The notes below the pieces were generated by a model. The model ran no database searches. It saw nothing but the letters and a program-made list of their open reading frames with translations, and had not been told where the DNA came from. Shown here in pieces: positions 11,144 to 24,717 of a DNA stretch of 64,000 nucleotides (the stretch's first letter is position 1; every line of letters begins with the position of its first letter). Source of the DNA: Octopus sinensis (Eukaryota); assembly GCF_006345805.1 (NCBI RefSeq), contig NC_043012.1, positions 26,660,001 to 26,724,000 of the forward strand. The letters are read 5' to 3'. A program made the position numbers and the translations under genes.

Positions 11144-14100
11144 GGACAGTAGACAGAGATAGCATAGGATGTCCACAATTCCACATAGTCAGCTACACGG
11201 ATCACAAACTTGTGACATGTACGCTAGACTTAGGTAAGACACTTAGGCAGGTCCCGGATACTGGAAACTAAACGCGTCTTTCCCATCGAGACAGGTTTTC
11301 AGGACCGGATTAGCACACTAGTAAGAGGGCTTTGACGGGAGCCATCATCAACAACACATGGTGGTTTGCCCTCAAGAGAGCAGTAAAAGCAGAAGCGATT
11401 AGGTACAGCAAAGCACTAGCCATAGATAGAAATAGAGTAGAGGTGAGTTAGTTAAGAAGCTAGAAGAGGCAATTAGAAGCGGCATCGCATCCGACGTTTT
11501 TGGCGGCGAGGTTGGCCCTCGACCAACACTTCAATGCCAAACACGAAGGATGTGCTGTCAGAGCTAGGATGCGTGCTCTAAGGAACGAAGGTGTTGGAGC
11601 CGCGAGAGAGGCCCGCGGTGGCAGAGGGAACGCACCAGTCAACAAAGCCACCATTCGGTCCCTGGTAGATGACAGGGGCGCGAATTGCTCGAGCCAAGTA
11701 AAATGTGTGAGGCCTTTCAGCAGCATTTTGCCCGACTGTTCGGGACGAGTGGAGGGCAAGAACGTAGGGTGGACTTCAGTGCCTACCTACATAGCCTACC
11801 ACGACTCTCGACAAGAAAGGCAGGTGCTGCGAAGGTGCCATCACGGCGGCGGAAGTGCAGGACGCGATGCAGAATGCTCGAGGGACAAATCACCGGGTTT
11901 GGATGGTCTACCCTACGAGCTTTACAATTGTATGCCAGACTTGTTTGGAGATGTCTTGGCGGCGGTGTACTGCAACTGGCAGCAAAACGGGAGCATTCCT
12001 GGTTTTGTGAGCCGAGGAGCCGTAACACACTGCTGAAGAAAGATCTAAACAGGAAATGTAATAGATAACTTTAGGCCCATCACTCTGCTTAATGCAGACT
12101 TTAAAATTTTGGCCAGGTGCTAGCCAAGAGGTTGACGCTTGTCATCGAGAAACTGTCGACAAGGCGCAAAATGCGCCGTGCCGGCCGGACCATCCATGAC
12201 AACCTCCACCTGATGCGCTACATCATAGACAGGGTAGTTAACGAACCTGGCATGGGTGGGGCGCTGATCAATTTGGATCAATCGAAAGCTTTCGATAGGG
12301 TAGACCATCGGTACTTGTAGACGGTCCTCAGAGCGGCTGGCTTCGGTCCCGTCTTCCGCGGCTGGATAGCCGCTTTGTATAGAGGCATCCGTTCGGTAAT
12401 TCGCGTGAATGGACATCTATCGAGACCCTTCGACATCGCAGGTTCGGTCCGTCAGGGATGCCCCCTCTCGTCGCTTCTATACGTATTGACTCTCGAGCCA
12501 TTATTGCGGAAGCTGGCAACTTTGAGGGGCATGCCGCGAGTACTGGGATGCGGGACGAGCCAGTCTGCATATGCGGACGACGTCACCATCATAGTGTCTA
12601 GCCACGAGCACATCGAGCAGGTCGGCGGGACACTGAAAAACTACGAAGCGGTGACAGGAGCGAAAATCAACCGGGAAAAGTCAGTGGGCTTGCTACTAGG
12701 CACCTGGAGAAGCAAGCCCATGCCGTCCACCCGCGCCTCCGTCGTGGGACGCTGGACCGACGGCCCGGTTGAGTTGCTCGGGGTCTGCTTTGGTCCGGAC
12801 CTCCAAGTGGAGAAGAACTGGAACGAGATAACGAGTGGGGTGGTCACTCTCGCCCGGCAATGGGCCGAGAGGAAACTGTCCCTAAAAGGTCGGGCGGAGG
12901 TGGCGAACACGTACATTGCGTCCGTCATCTACTACCGCCTGACCGTCGTACCTTGTCCCGACCCTACCATCACCAAACTACAACGCATTCTCTTTCGCTT
13001 CTTGTGGAAAGGATGCGACCCGATGGTCAGGCGATCCATTTGCTGTCAACACCCGTTAAAAGGAGGGCTGGGCATGCCGTGGTTGATGATGCGCAGACAC
13101 GCGCTGAGACTGCGACATCTCTGGCTCTATGTAGACGACGGTGGTCGCCGTTTGTGAGGCACGCTTTCCCGCAGCTCATCTCCATGACCGAACTGCAGTC
13201 GTGGATCAAAAAGAGGCCGAGGAAGGGCGAATGGCACCGCGAGTGTCGCGTTGCTCTTTAGCAACTCTGCCGTCCTGGGCCGACCTTGGGTGACTTCAAC
13301 ACAACCAAAGCATTCTATAGGGGATTAGTGGAGGGGAGGTACGACGACGAGCTCGGGGCGAACCTGGACGTCGACGAGGAGTACCTGACCCGCCTGTTCA
13401 GGACGACTTTCGGGCCAGGGCCCATGGACAACTTCCAGAGATCCCTGGCCTGGCAGTGCTACAGAGAAGCGCTACCCGTTCGGGATAAGCTCTACAGACA
13501 CGGCTCGAGAAACACGGGGCCGACCTGCCCGAGATGCGGTCAGAACGACGAAACCGTTCTGCACGCACTCGTACAGTGTCCAACAATTTCCGACCTGTGG
13601 GCTTATGTCGAACAACTGCTGTCACGTGTGGGACGAGTCGGTTTATCAGCTGAGTCTATCGTCAATATTGTCACGCCTCCTTCCTTCAAACGGGAAGGAA
13701 GAGCTATTTTCATAATCCTTGTGGCTATGGCGAAAGAATGTATCTGGTGGATGCGTCTGAAAGGATTGGAGACAAACACTTTCCTCTCTGGTCAATCTCT
13801 CATCAACTTCTTCAAGTACCACTTGAAGAGGAAAGTGAGAGTAGAGAGGCAAGTTTTGTCTAGCGAATGTTTTAAAAAATGATGGGTGAATGTAGCAAGG
13901 ATGGCACGTATGAATGACGAAGCCACCTTGAGCATAATCCTATGAACCCAGAAATTGAAAACAGAGGGTTAACCACTTGCAAACAAATGTGGTAACATAT
14001 AACAATATTGACCAAGGTTACCGTGGTCTTTTTCGTAGGCTTTTCTTCCCACGGATAAACCTTACTTGCTTTCCCCTTTACACCATATATCATAACACTG

Positions 14101-14417
14101 TGATACACGATTCTTATTGATCGTTCTTTTTTATTTCCTCTTCTACTTTTTTCCCCTTTTTTCTTCTTTTTTCATTTCTCTTTTCTCTCGTTCCTTTTCC
14201 TTTTCCTTTAATTTTCTTTTTTTTCTTTTTATTCTTTTTATTTTTTATCTTATTCATTTATTTACTTTTTTTTGTTCTTTTCTTCCCTTTTACGATCCCT
14301 CTTGATCGAAAACCTACGCCACCCCTTTTTTTTTTTATTTCTTCATCCCCCCAAAGAAAAGCTCTACCTTGTAACTTGTCCCATCTGTGTGCAGCCCTGT
14401 GTGGCCAATAAAGAAAC

Positions 14418-14418
<1 letters not shown>
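11139..14418 (+). mobile_element. L1/Tx1-type LINE, 5'-truncated, ORF2 frameshifted
   Basis: End of APE endonuclease (SYTDHKLV, GYWKLNAS), RT motifs (KSPGLDGLPYE, FRPITLLNADFKI, LDQSKAFDRVDH, VRQGCPLS, AYADD, KGGLGMP), C-terminal CCHC (CPRCGQNDETVLHALVQC), T-rich 3' UTR and AATAAA at 14407-14412. Confidence 0.92.
11146..13882 (+). pseudogene. LINE ORF2 (EN-RT-CCHC) broken by stops and frameshifts; track pieces 11500-12036, 12117-12320, 12375-13157, 13286-13882
   Basis: Collinear motifs split over several frames. Confidence 0.88.
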
Positions 14419-14509
<91 letters not shown>

Positions 14510-14562
14510 GTCTATCTATCTATCATCTATCTATATATCTATCTATCTATCTATCTATCTAT
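14419..14562. repeat. (TATC)n array immediately 3' of the LINE
   Basis: Directly visible. Confidence 0.95.
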
Positions 14563-15265
14563 CCATATATCTTTTACCGTCTGTCTGTCCAACTGTCTGT
14601 CTAATACCTATCTACCTATGTGTATGTGTGGTGTGTGTATATATGCATACATATATATGAACAAATATGGTACGCGTATGTAAATTATATATTGTATTCA
14701 AGAATATGTGCGCATGCGTGTTTGAATATATTATAAATATATGTATGTGTGTATGCATGTTTAGGTGTGAGTATATCTTTACATATATATGATTCACAAA
14801 TGATTATGCGATATACGACACATTCGATTTATATGCACGCACATATGCACTCACACACATTAGGGGCGCTGTGGTCGAATATTCTGGTCCGAAACCATGG
14901 TGTTCCGATTCGACCCCGTTGTGTGACATCTTATACAGTGCAAATATAAATTTCTTCAGCTTCGGGTTAGCCTATTAATTGTGACTGAAAGCTATGAAGC
15001 CCATCAGATGGAATGGTCTTTTAATTCAACTGCACTGCCTGGAGGTACACTGTGTCTCTCTGATACTACTTTAGATTTACGTTAAAGGCACACATGTCTG
15101 CAGAGTACACAGCCACTTAATGGTCAATTCGGTGAACAGGTGATCAAACAGTGACGGTCCGTGGTTTGCTGTGAGTACTTGTCATTGACAACTTGCAATG
15201 AAGCAGAAATGCTGCCAGCATTCTCATCAGTCATTGCAAGTACGACTTTTTGTCTGCCTCGGATA

Positions 15266-15600
15266 TTTTTTACGTTTTATCTTTTACAGGTTTCAGTCAT
15301 CAGACGCTGCCCATGCTGGGGCACGGCCTTGAAGAATTTCTAGCCGAATGATTCGACCTGGAGTTTATTCTAACGGTTACTTTTGTCGTACCATTAAACT
15401 ACTGAGACGTAAACACACCATCACCGGTTCTTATGTGATAGAGGGTAACAAACACAAAGATACACACACAGACACGGAGACACACACATACACGCATACA
15501 CACGCACAAAAAGATACACACATACACGCACACAGACGCACACACAAATGCACACACACACACACATATATATGACAGGCTTCTTTCAGTTTCCGTCAGC
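15266..15600 (-). mobile_element. SINE family A, diverged
   Basis: gtttcagtcat...ccatgctgg..cac..ccttgaag tail, internal (CA)n, then ggcttctttcagtttccgtc. Confidence 0.75.
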
Positions 15601-16129
15601 ATAAAAGATATCTCAGGCCGAACACCGTAGAAAACTTTCCTTTCGCAATGTATTTGTATCAAATACGATACACAGATGACATTCATCCAGATACATACAA
15701 TCACACACATACACACACATATACACATACACAATCACTCACAAGCACACACACACAAACACACACATACATAAATACACGCACACGCACATACACAAAT
15801 ACACAACCATATACACACACGCAAAACCACACAAGATCACACACACACATACACAACCACACATACACCCCCCCACACACACACTCACATGTACACACAA
15901 ACATTCACATACTCATACACACAGACACACATACACAGGCATATACCCTTTACTCGTTGCCGATAACGATTTCGTTTCTTTTGGGAAGCGCATGTGTAGA
16001 AGCAAACTGCTGCTTTCGCCTTGAATCGCTCACGCAATGTTTTCGTTGCTCTTAGAATATCAAAGGGAGGAAGCCACGTGGATCGATACAATTGAGAATT
16101 TGGCAAAACAAAAGCGAGACAAATTTACA

Positions 16130-17551
<1,422 letters not shown>

Positions 17552-17615
17552 TTGTACCCCTGTGTCACTCAATAATGATGATAATAAAGATGATGATGAG
17601 GAGGAGGAGGAGGAT

Positions 17616-17669
<54 letters not shown>

Positions 17670-17693
17670 ATAATAATAATAATAATAATAATA

Positions 17694-18635
17694 AACCAAG
17701 AAACGAAAAATGTCAATGAAATTCTGAAATACATCAGAACAAACAACATCACAGAAACAAATATTTTGATTAAGGCAGCAACTATTGTTGTAGTAGAAAA
17801 CGTGGGTGTTGATGTCAAGAAAAAGAAATATAATGGGAATGACAAAGAAAAGATCCATGGTGGAAAAGAAGAATACGGGCAGTGTTAGGTATGCTCTCGA
17901 AGGACATTTCTGTGTTAGACCGAAAAGAGAAAAGGAAGCTTAAAAGCGAACAAAAATACAGGGCACTGAAAAAGAAGTACAATACTGAAAGAAAGGGCCT
18001 GAAAGTAGTAGTGGAGGAACTGCAACACCGCCTCGTTTCAAAGAAAGCAAAGATGGTAAGATACGATCGAAGAATGAAGGGTTACTACCAGAATATGTTA
18101 TTCAGTGTAGAGCAGAGGAGATTCTATAAAGAAATAAATGGAGAGTGTACAGATGAAAAATTGATACCAGATAACAGTGAAAGTCAAAGGCTTTTGCGTG
18201 ACATCTGGAGCAAAAACAAGGAGCACAAGAAGGATGCTGGATGGTTGCAAGAACTGAAACAAGCAGTAGTCTACCCCAATCAAGCAAAACTAGTAATTTC
18301 AGTTAGGGAAGTGAAGTAAATCAGCAAAAACATGAGCAACTGGTAGGCACCGGGACCAGATGGAGTTCAAGTCTACTTGATCAAAAGAGTTGGTGAATGT
18401 CATGTACGAAGAGCTGCGAAACTCAGCACCTTGTTAAATGCCGACCAAGCAACACCAGAGTGGTTGACATTGGGTAGGACTTATGTGAAAATTATTGACT
18501 GGAATATTCGTAGAGTCAATGTATGAACATCTAGAAAAAAATGGAGTCCTGCCACATGAGCAAAGGGGTTGCAAGTGTAAGTGCAGAGGCACCAAGGAAC
18601 AACTCCTGACAAAACTGTACTTAGAGACTGCAAGA
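17694..18635 (+). mobile_element. R4/Dong-type non-LTR retrotransposon fragment (pre-RT region and start of RT)
   Basis: ITETNILIKAA, LVSKKAKMVRYDRR...YQNMLF...[53 protein letters not shown]...RGTKEQLL. This motif series is typical of the R4 clade. The fragment starts directly after (TAA)n. Confidence 0.8.
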
Positions 18636-18819
18636 GTTCATCTAATGAGTTTTTGGAAGGGTTTTTTAATGTTTCAGTAGAAGTCTCTTTTATATTTGGA
18701 TAGGTAGTTGAACAGTTGAGGGAACTCTAAATTGCAGATTGTTACAATAGAGTATTTTAGCCCATGATTTCGAACGTAGTATATTTGCAAGCTTAGAGTA
18801 TATAAATGTCCGTGCATTA

Positions 18820-19000
18820 AAACTATCTCCAGTGCCGAAGTTTGGAATATGTCCCTCCACAGTTCTTCGATGAATATTTGTCCTCGTCTTGTGTATTGTT
18901 AACACAACATTTCGGCTGATATACCATCTAGCCTTTTTCAGGTGTCTTGGGGAAATTTCGAACCTGTGTTCTCATTCCTAAGGTATTTTTCGATGTTATA
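18820..19000 (-). mobile_element. PLE tail remnant with decayed hammerhead (18901-18947)
   Basis: Minus strand: GACAC CTGAAAA A GGCT...AGCC GAAA TG T T GTGTT. Confidence 0.55.
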
Positions 19001-19102
19001 ATTGTTGTTGTTGTTGTTAGTATTCAGGTCACTGCTTGGAATCGAACTTGGAATCTTGGGCTTAGTAGCCCGCGCTCTTATCCACTACGCCATATGTCCC
19101 CC
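19001..19102 (-). mobile_element. Short tRNA-derived SINE with (AAC)n tail
   Basis: Minus strand: A-box TGGCGTAGTGG, hairpin GGGCT-ACTA-AGCCC, B-box AGTTCGATTCC, then a simple-repeat tail. No acceptor stem. Confidence 0.6.
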
Positions 19103-19362
19103 ACCAATTTTCCATATAAATGTGATAGTATATATTTCTCTTTGGTGTCAAGAGACTCAGCGCTTTCAGACATTCTCGGTAAATAAGTAGTATATAAATT
19201 AGTAATATAAACTGCTCAGAACTAGGGTCTTCCCTAAAAATGAAACTACGGGTTCCCTTGTCATGAATGTTCGTAGGACGCAGCCTATGATTTTGCTGCA
19301 TTTAAACGATAAGAGGGTTCTTGGCATCTAAGGCAACTTGTTGTAAGCCGATGCTAGGATTC

Positions 19363-19451
<89 letters not shown>

Positions 19452-20507
19452 AAGAAGAAAATTGATTTCTGATTTAGGCACACAACCAGATACAAGAATA
19501 CAAAGTAGTCACATGATAGTTTGTATAAATGCCTTTGTTCAAATGTCTGCTCATTCAGAGCTGACCTAAAATTAAACAACAACAATAGCAACAGTATCTA
19601 CGAACGAACGAACAAGAACACGAACGAAATCTAAAATGGAAAATGGTCCATTTGAATTGTCATACTATTGTCTGACAAAGGTAACTAGTTAATATTCAAA
19701 TAGCAAACCGAACAAAAGGGCCAATATTACAATTTTAAATTTTATCGTTGAAATTTTGCTTATGTTTATACAATACAAACGCCCCCCCCCCCCCAGCCCC
19801 CCCACCACGACCACCACCATCGCATCTCCACACTGCTTCTGTTTTGTCGGCTTTTCTTTTACGATATTCTCTCTTGAATTATAATTGAGAATAGCTATTT
19901 TGTAATTTTTGCTTTTTCTTTTTGCTTTACTAAACTTCTTGACACTTACGTAATTCAAAATGTTTTCCTTAATCTTTATTTTTATCATTTCTCTTTTTGT
20001 TGTTGTTGTTGTTTGTTTTTGAAATAGTTAAAATTAAAATAGAATAGAAAATAACGTTTGTTTGATGCCACATCCAGTGATGTAGTTGAATAGCATTGAA
20101 CATAATGTTGTGAAAGAAAGATGTATGAACTTCTGGAGATGAAGCAGATAGAACCGCAAGTCTAAATAACGTAAAGAATTTTAATGTGTAAAGTTGAACT
20201 GATAGAATTTCCAGTTGGCATTTAAAACAGAATACCGCATAGCGTTTGCTGAATTTATAAACAAGAGCTAAAGAGCTAACGAGACTTATTAGTTTGATTT
20301 AGTCGGAGTAAGTATGACTGAGGAGATACAAGAGTGTCAAAACACCGGGTGTTCCAGAGTCGCCTTTCCTTAAAGAATCGAATATTTTGTGAGAACATAT
20401 TCATCTGAAAGAAGTTGTTCTGCAATGAGGAAATACGACCGTGATTATTATATTCACGTTCGAAACTGCCGTAAAGTGTTATGAAAGAATATCTTTTATA
20501 TTTTATA

Positions 20508-20640
20508 TTTTACTTGTATCAGTCAATGGACTGCGGTCATGCTGGAGCACCGCCTTGAAAATTTTAGTCGAACCAGTCCCCAACATCGGTTGTCAGACGG
20601 TGGTAATGAAGAAACGCAAACACAAAGATACTTACACACA
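20508..20640 (-). mobile_element. SINE family A, 3' part
   Basis: tgactgcggtcatgctggagcaccgccttg. Confidence 0.75.
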
Positions 20641-20656
20641 CACACTATATATATAT

Positions 20657-20703
<47 letters not shown>

Positions 20704-20759
20704 AAAAAATGAAGTTTGAAAATGCTGCTATATTAGACAAATTTTAATTTTTATATATA

Positions 20760-23700
20760 CATTATTTATTTAACATGTTTCGGTTCTTGAAATGACGAAC
20801 CTTATCAAAAAAAATTTATATATAAAAAAGATAGTTCATGCTATCAAATATGAAAAATTTCATATATAATATTCAATAGAGTCAAACATAAAAAATTCAT
20901 ATATAGTAAAGCGAGTCCATGCTATATGTTTAAAAAGTATGATGTAGTAGTTCATAGTGATGATATGCATTCAATAGAGTCAAATATAAAAAATTCATGT
21001 TCTTGAAAAAGTGAGAAATTCATTTTAGATTTTACCTTGCGTTCCAATGGGAGCAACTGTAATGATTTTTGGTTGGTGTCTGTTCGTATAGTTTTGATGA
21101 ATTTGGTTTATATCAGCTCAGCTTAGCTGTCTCACTTGCATTTTTTACTGACGTCATATAGTTCCCAACCAATCAAAACTCAGTCTCAACGAATATATCC
21201 TGTTAGGAAACCAACCAAGCAGAACGACAGTTTGGCCACGGAAGAAATACGTCATCCTTGTTTTTGACGGATTGAAATTAGATCTGATCCATGACTGTAT
21301 CCTGTTAGGTGGCTAATTCAGCGGAACGAGACGTCATCAATGTTTTGACCAATCATCTCGCTAGGTGGCTAGTCCAGCAGAACGGGACATCATCAATGTT
21401 TTGACCAATCATCCCGTTAGGTGGCTAGTCCAGCAGAAAGAGACGTCATCAATGTTTTGACCAATCAGAATCGGGTCTGACCTATAGCTGTATTAGATCT
21501 GACCCATGACTGTATCCTGTCAGGTGGCTAGTCCAGCGGAACGAGACGTCATCAATGTTTTGACCAATCATCCCGTTAGGTGGCTAGTCCAGCAGAACGA
21601 GACGTCATCAATGTTTTGACCAATCAGAATCGGGTCTGACCCTTAGCTGTATCGTGTGTGGAAACCGACCAAGCAGGGTGACAATAGCTTGCCCACTGAG
21701 GTAATACGTCATCAGTTTCTTGACGAATCAGGATTAGATCTGCTCGTAGAGATCTTTTTATAAATTTTTTCTTTCCCTAAGACATATCTCTGTAAGTGTG
21801 AGTGACTGTTTAAGGCAGCGGCCGTGGTAGAATTTCGCTTCTCCTTTTCGGAGGACCAATGTTTTGTTTTAATATTCCTGGCCCAGGGTGTTCAAACTTG
21901 GTCTAAATTTTTTGATGAAATACAGTTCTTTATTTTGGCGTTGCGTGAAGGTTACGCTGTCACTGAATTTATAAAACGGGTAAGTTGTAAATTTCGGATT
22001 TACATTTCCAGCACATCTATCTATGTGTCCGCTGACCGGTATTTTCCGGTATTCAGGGTTTCTAATTTGTGATTTATGCACCGCCATCCTGTTACGTAAG
22101 CTATTTTTTGTATGGCCTATATACTGCCTATTGCAGCCTGCGCATGTTAAGACGTAAATTAAGTTTTCTGATGCGCAGGTGAAGTTTGCTCTAATGGTGA
22201 ACTGATGGCCTTGTTCTAGTATACATTCTGAACCTTCTATCAAGATGACACAGATTCCGCAGTTGGGCCTTCCACATTTTCTAACTGCTGGTTTTGTGGT
22301 TGATGTTGAGTGGAGTTTAGCTTGGGTTAAAATCCTTTTCAAGGATGTTGGTTGCCGTTTACTTTTAATGATGGTGTGTGTTTCGAGAATCCGGTTCATC
22401 TTTGGGTCTCCCTTTAGTAGGGCTGTGCTTTGTAGTATGGTGCTGAAGGCCTCATTGTTGAGTGGGTTGTGTGTAGAGATGCAGGGAAGAGTTTTTAATT
22501 GTTCTTTCTTTTTTGGTTTTGTTTGTCTCAGGTCTTCTATACTTAATTTGAGTGTCCTTTGGATTGCACTGTCTATTAGGGGCTGTGGATAGTTTCTATT
22601 TGTGAGTGTGGTTCTAAGTTCCTGGAGACGTGTGTGTCGGGTGTTTGTGTCTGATATTATGGTGCAGATCCTTCTAGCTAAACATGTCGTGGGTGGCATG
22701 AATCAAAGGGTAGGTATTGTTTAGAGTCTGTCGGTTTATAGTAGATATCTGTCTCTATTTTGTTGCCGGTTTTCTTAATGAGGATGTCTAAAAATGGTAT
22801 TCTTCTTCGTTATGATCCATCGTGAATTGTATATTATCATTTATTCCATTTAATAGTATTTTAAATTCCTCAAGTTTCTCTATACTTTTGTCCCAGATGA
22901 TGAAACAGTCATCGAGGTATCTTTTCCAGTTGTTCTGGATATAGGTGGAGAAGGTGTTTCCAAATTTCTCGAGTGTTATCTGGTAGAGTATTATCTCGAG
23001 GTATCCCATCACTAGGTTGGCAAAAGATGGTGCAGTACGCGTGCCCATCGCTGTTCCCGATATTTGTCTGTAGAAATTATTGTCAAAAATAAAGTAATTG
23101 TTCTCTAAAATAAATCTAAGTCCTTCTATTATAAGGTCTTTGTTTATGCGAGTTGGGAGTTCAAAGGAGTAGTTATTCAGCCAGAAGGTGATCGCTTCTA
23201 TTCCTAGGTTGTGAGGGGATGTTAGAATAAAGATTAACTACGTCGAATGATACTAGAAGGGTTTTCTCATTGACTGTTTTAGGGAGGTGGTTGAGCATAT
23301 CTATATCGTCTCTTACGTAGCTTTTGATGTGTTTTAGGAAAGGTTTAAGAAGTGTGTCTAAGAAATTGCTGAGGCGGTGAGTCTCACATGCTGGCCCTGC
23401 TATTATCGGTCTAAGTTTAAGATCATTTGGTGAAGGGATTTTGATGAGTATATCGGTAGATGTTTTGCATGTTTCTCTAATTATTTGGCTTTTGTGTACT
23501 TTAGGGATACCGTAGAACAAACTCGATTTGCATTTGAAGTTGGTGATGTATTCATACTCCTTGTCCGTGAGCCCTTCTCGGTATGTGTTGATTAATGTCC
23601 TAAGATTATGCATTATTTTTTGCTGATTATACTGTTGGGCCCTTTCATAATACGTTTCATCTGTTAATAGGGATAGCACTAAATTGTTATAATCGTTTGT

Positions 23701-23870
23701 ATTCATTACTACTATCGCGTTGCCCTTATCTGCCTCCTTAATTGTTATTGCTTTGTCTTCTCTTAGTTTGATGAGGTCGTTCCATTCTCTTTTGTTAAAG
23801 TTAGGGCTGTGTTTTTGTTTCTTGAATTGAAACGGGAAATTAGTTATCTAGTCACAATAGCGGTCTAAGG
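20760..23870 (-). mobile_element. Penelope-like element (RT plus GIY-YIG with CxxC linker), frameshifted, with long 3' tail
   Basis: IKEADKGNAIVVMN, FYGIPKVHK, LRPIIAG, LVSFDVVNLYSNIP, GTAMGTRTAPSFANL, WKRYLDD, FLDILI, DIYYKPTD...CHP, CGRPNCGIC, NLIYVLTCAGCNRQYIGHT, IKKFRPSLN. Track ORFs 23173-23706, 22788-23048 and 21869-22699. Confidence 0.93.
21301..21650. repeat. 56-bp tandem array (5 copies with spacers) in the PLE tail
   Basis: Unit ttaggtggctagtccagcagaacgagacgtcatcaatgttttgaccaatca(t), with an offset of 56 between the first copies. Confidence 0.92.
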
Positions 23871-23945
23871 CTTTATTCTTTCCCTTGGTGGGGGTGTAAT
23901 TGCTCTTGTTTGTAGCTATTTAATCCTATATATATATATATATAT

Positions 23946-24340
23946 AGGCGTAGGCGGGAATGTGCAGTAAGAAGGTTGCTTCCGAACCCCATGGTTCCGC
24001 TTTCCGTCCCACTGCATAGCATCTTGGGCAAGTGTCTTCTAATATATCCTTGGGTCAACCAAAGCCTTGTGAGTGGAATAGGTAAACGAGAACTGAGAGA
24101 AGCCCGTCGTACATATGTATATATCCACGTGTCTGTGCTTTTTTCTGCCCATTGGTCCTCCCACCACCGCTTGACAACCGGTATAGGTGCTTTTACGTCC
24201 CCGTAACTTAGTGGTTCGCCAAAAGAAACCGATAGAATTAGTACCGGGCTTAAAAACGAAGTGGTGAGGTGGATTCATTCGACAAAAAATTCAAGGCGGT
24301 GCTCCAGCATGGCCACAGTCGAATGACTGAAACAAAAGAT
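23946..24340 (+). mobile_element. SINE family A, near full-length
   Basis: tRNA-like head, gcaagtgtcttct, ccaaagccttgtgagtgga, internal TA/GT stretch, tail ggcggtgctccagcatggcc...gactgaaac. Confidence 0.9.
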
Positions 24341-24342
24341 AG

Positions 24343-24375
<33 letters not shown>

Positions 24376-24379
24376 ATAA

Positions 24380-24552
24380 TATATATGGAAACAGTGCGCT
24401 ACCACCTAGTTTCCGTCTATCAAATACACACCCACAATTCTTTGGTCGGCCAGGGACTTTAGTAGAGGACAATTGCCGACGTTGCTGCACTGTGGGACTG
24501 AACCCAATGCCACGTGGTTACAAAGCCAGCTTCTTCACTCCGCACCCATGCC
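24380..24552 (-). mobile_element. SINE family A, head, inverted relative to the neighbouring copy
   Basis: gtgggactgaaccc...ccacgtgg. Confidence 0.75.
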
Positions 24553-24717
24553 TGTGCCATGGTTTTGATACTTGCTATCCACTACGCTTGTAATGACTTT
24601 ACATCGTTGTGTTACACAGAGAGATTTTATGTATGATAATACAACGCCATGAAGTTATATCATAGATATTCTAAAATTGTAGTACTCTGCAAAGTACGAC
24701 AATATACTTTTCTACCA

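Noticed and set aside
15885-16106. Minus-strand ORF MPNSQLYRSTW... as a host exon
   Set aside because: No recognisable homology, and it runs into (TG)n. Donor-like GT sites alone are insufficient.
19640-19690. Short MENGPFELSYYCLTK followed by AAG|GTAACT donor-like site (similar candidates near 9490 and 45823)
   Set aside because: Such matches are expected by chance in 64 kb, with no partner exons or homology. RNA-seq is needed.
19786-19820. G-quadruplex-capable run on the minus strand
   Set aside because: A simple homopolymer and GGT repeat with no functional context.
21301-21650. CRISPR-like reading of the 56-bp array and of the 39-bp array at 7545-8270
   Set aside because: No unique spacers between identical repeats, no cas genes, and the context is eukaryotic.
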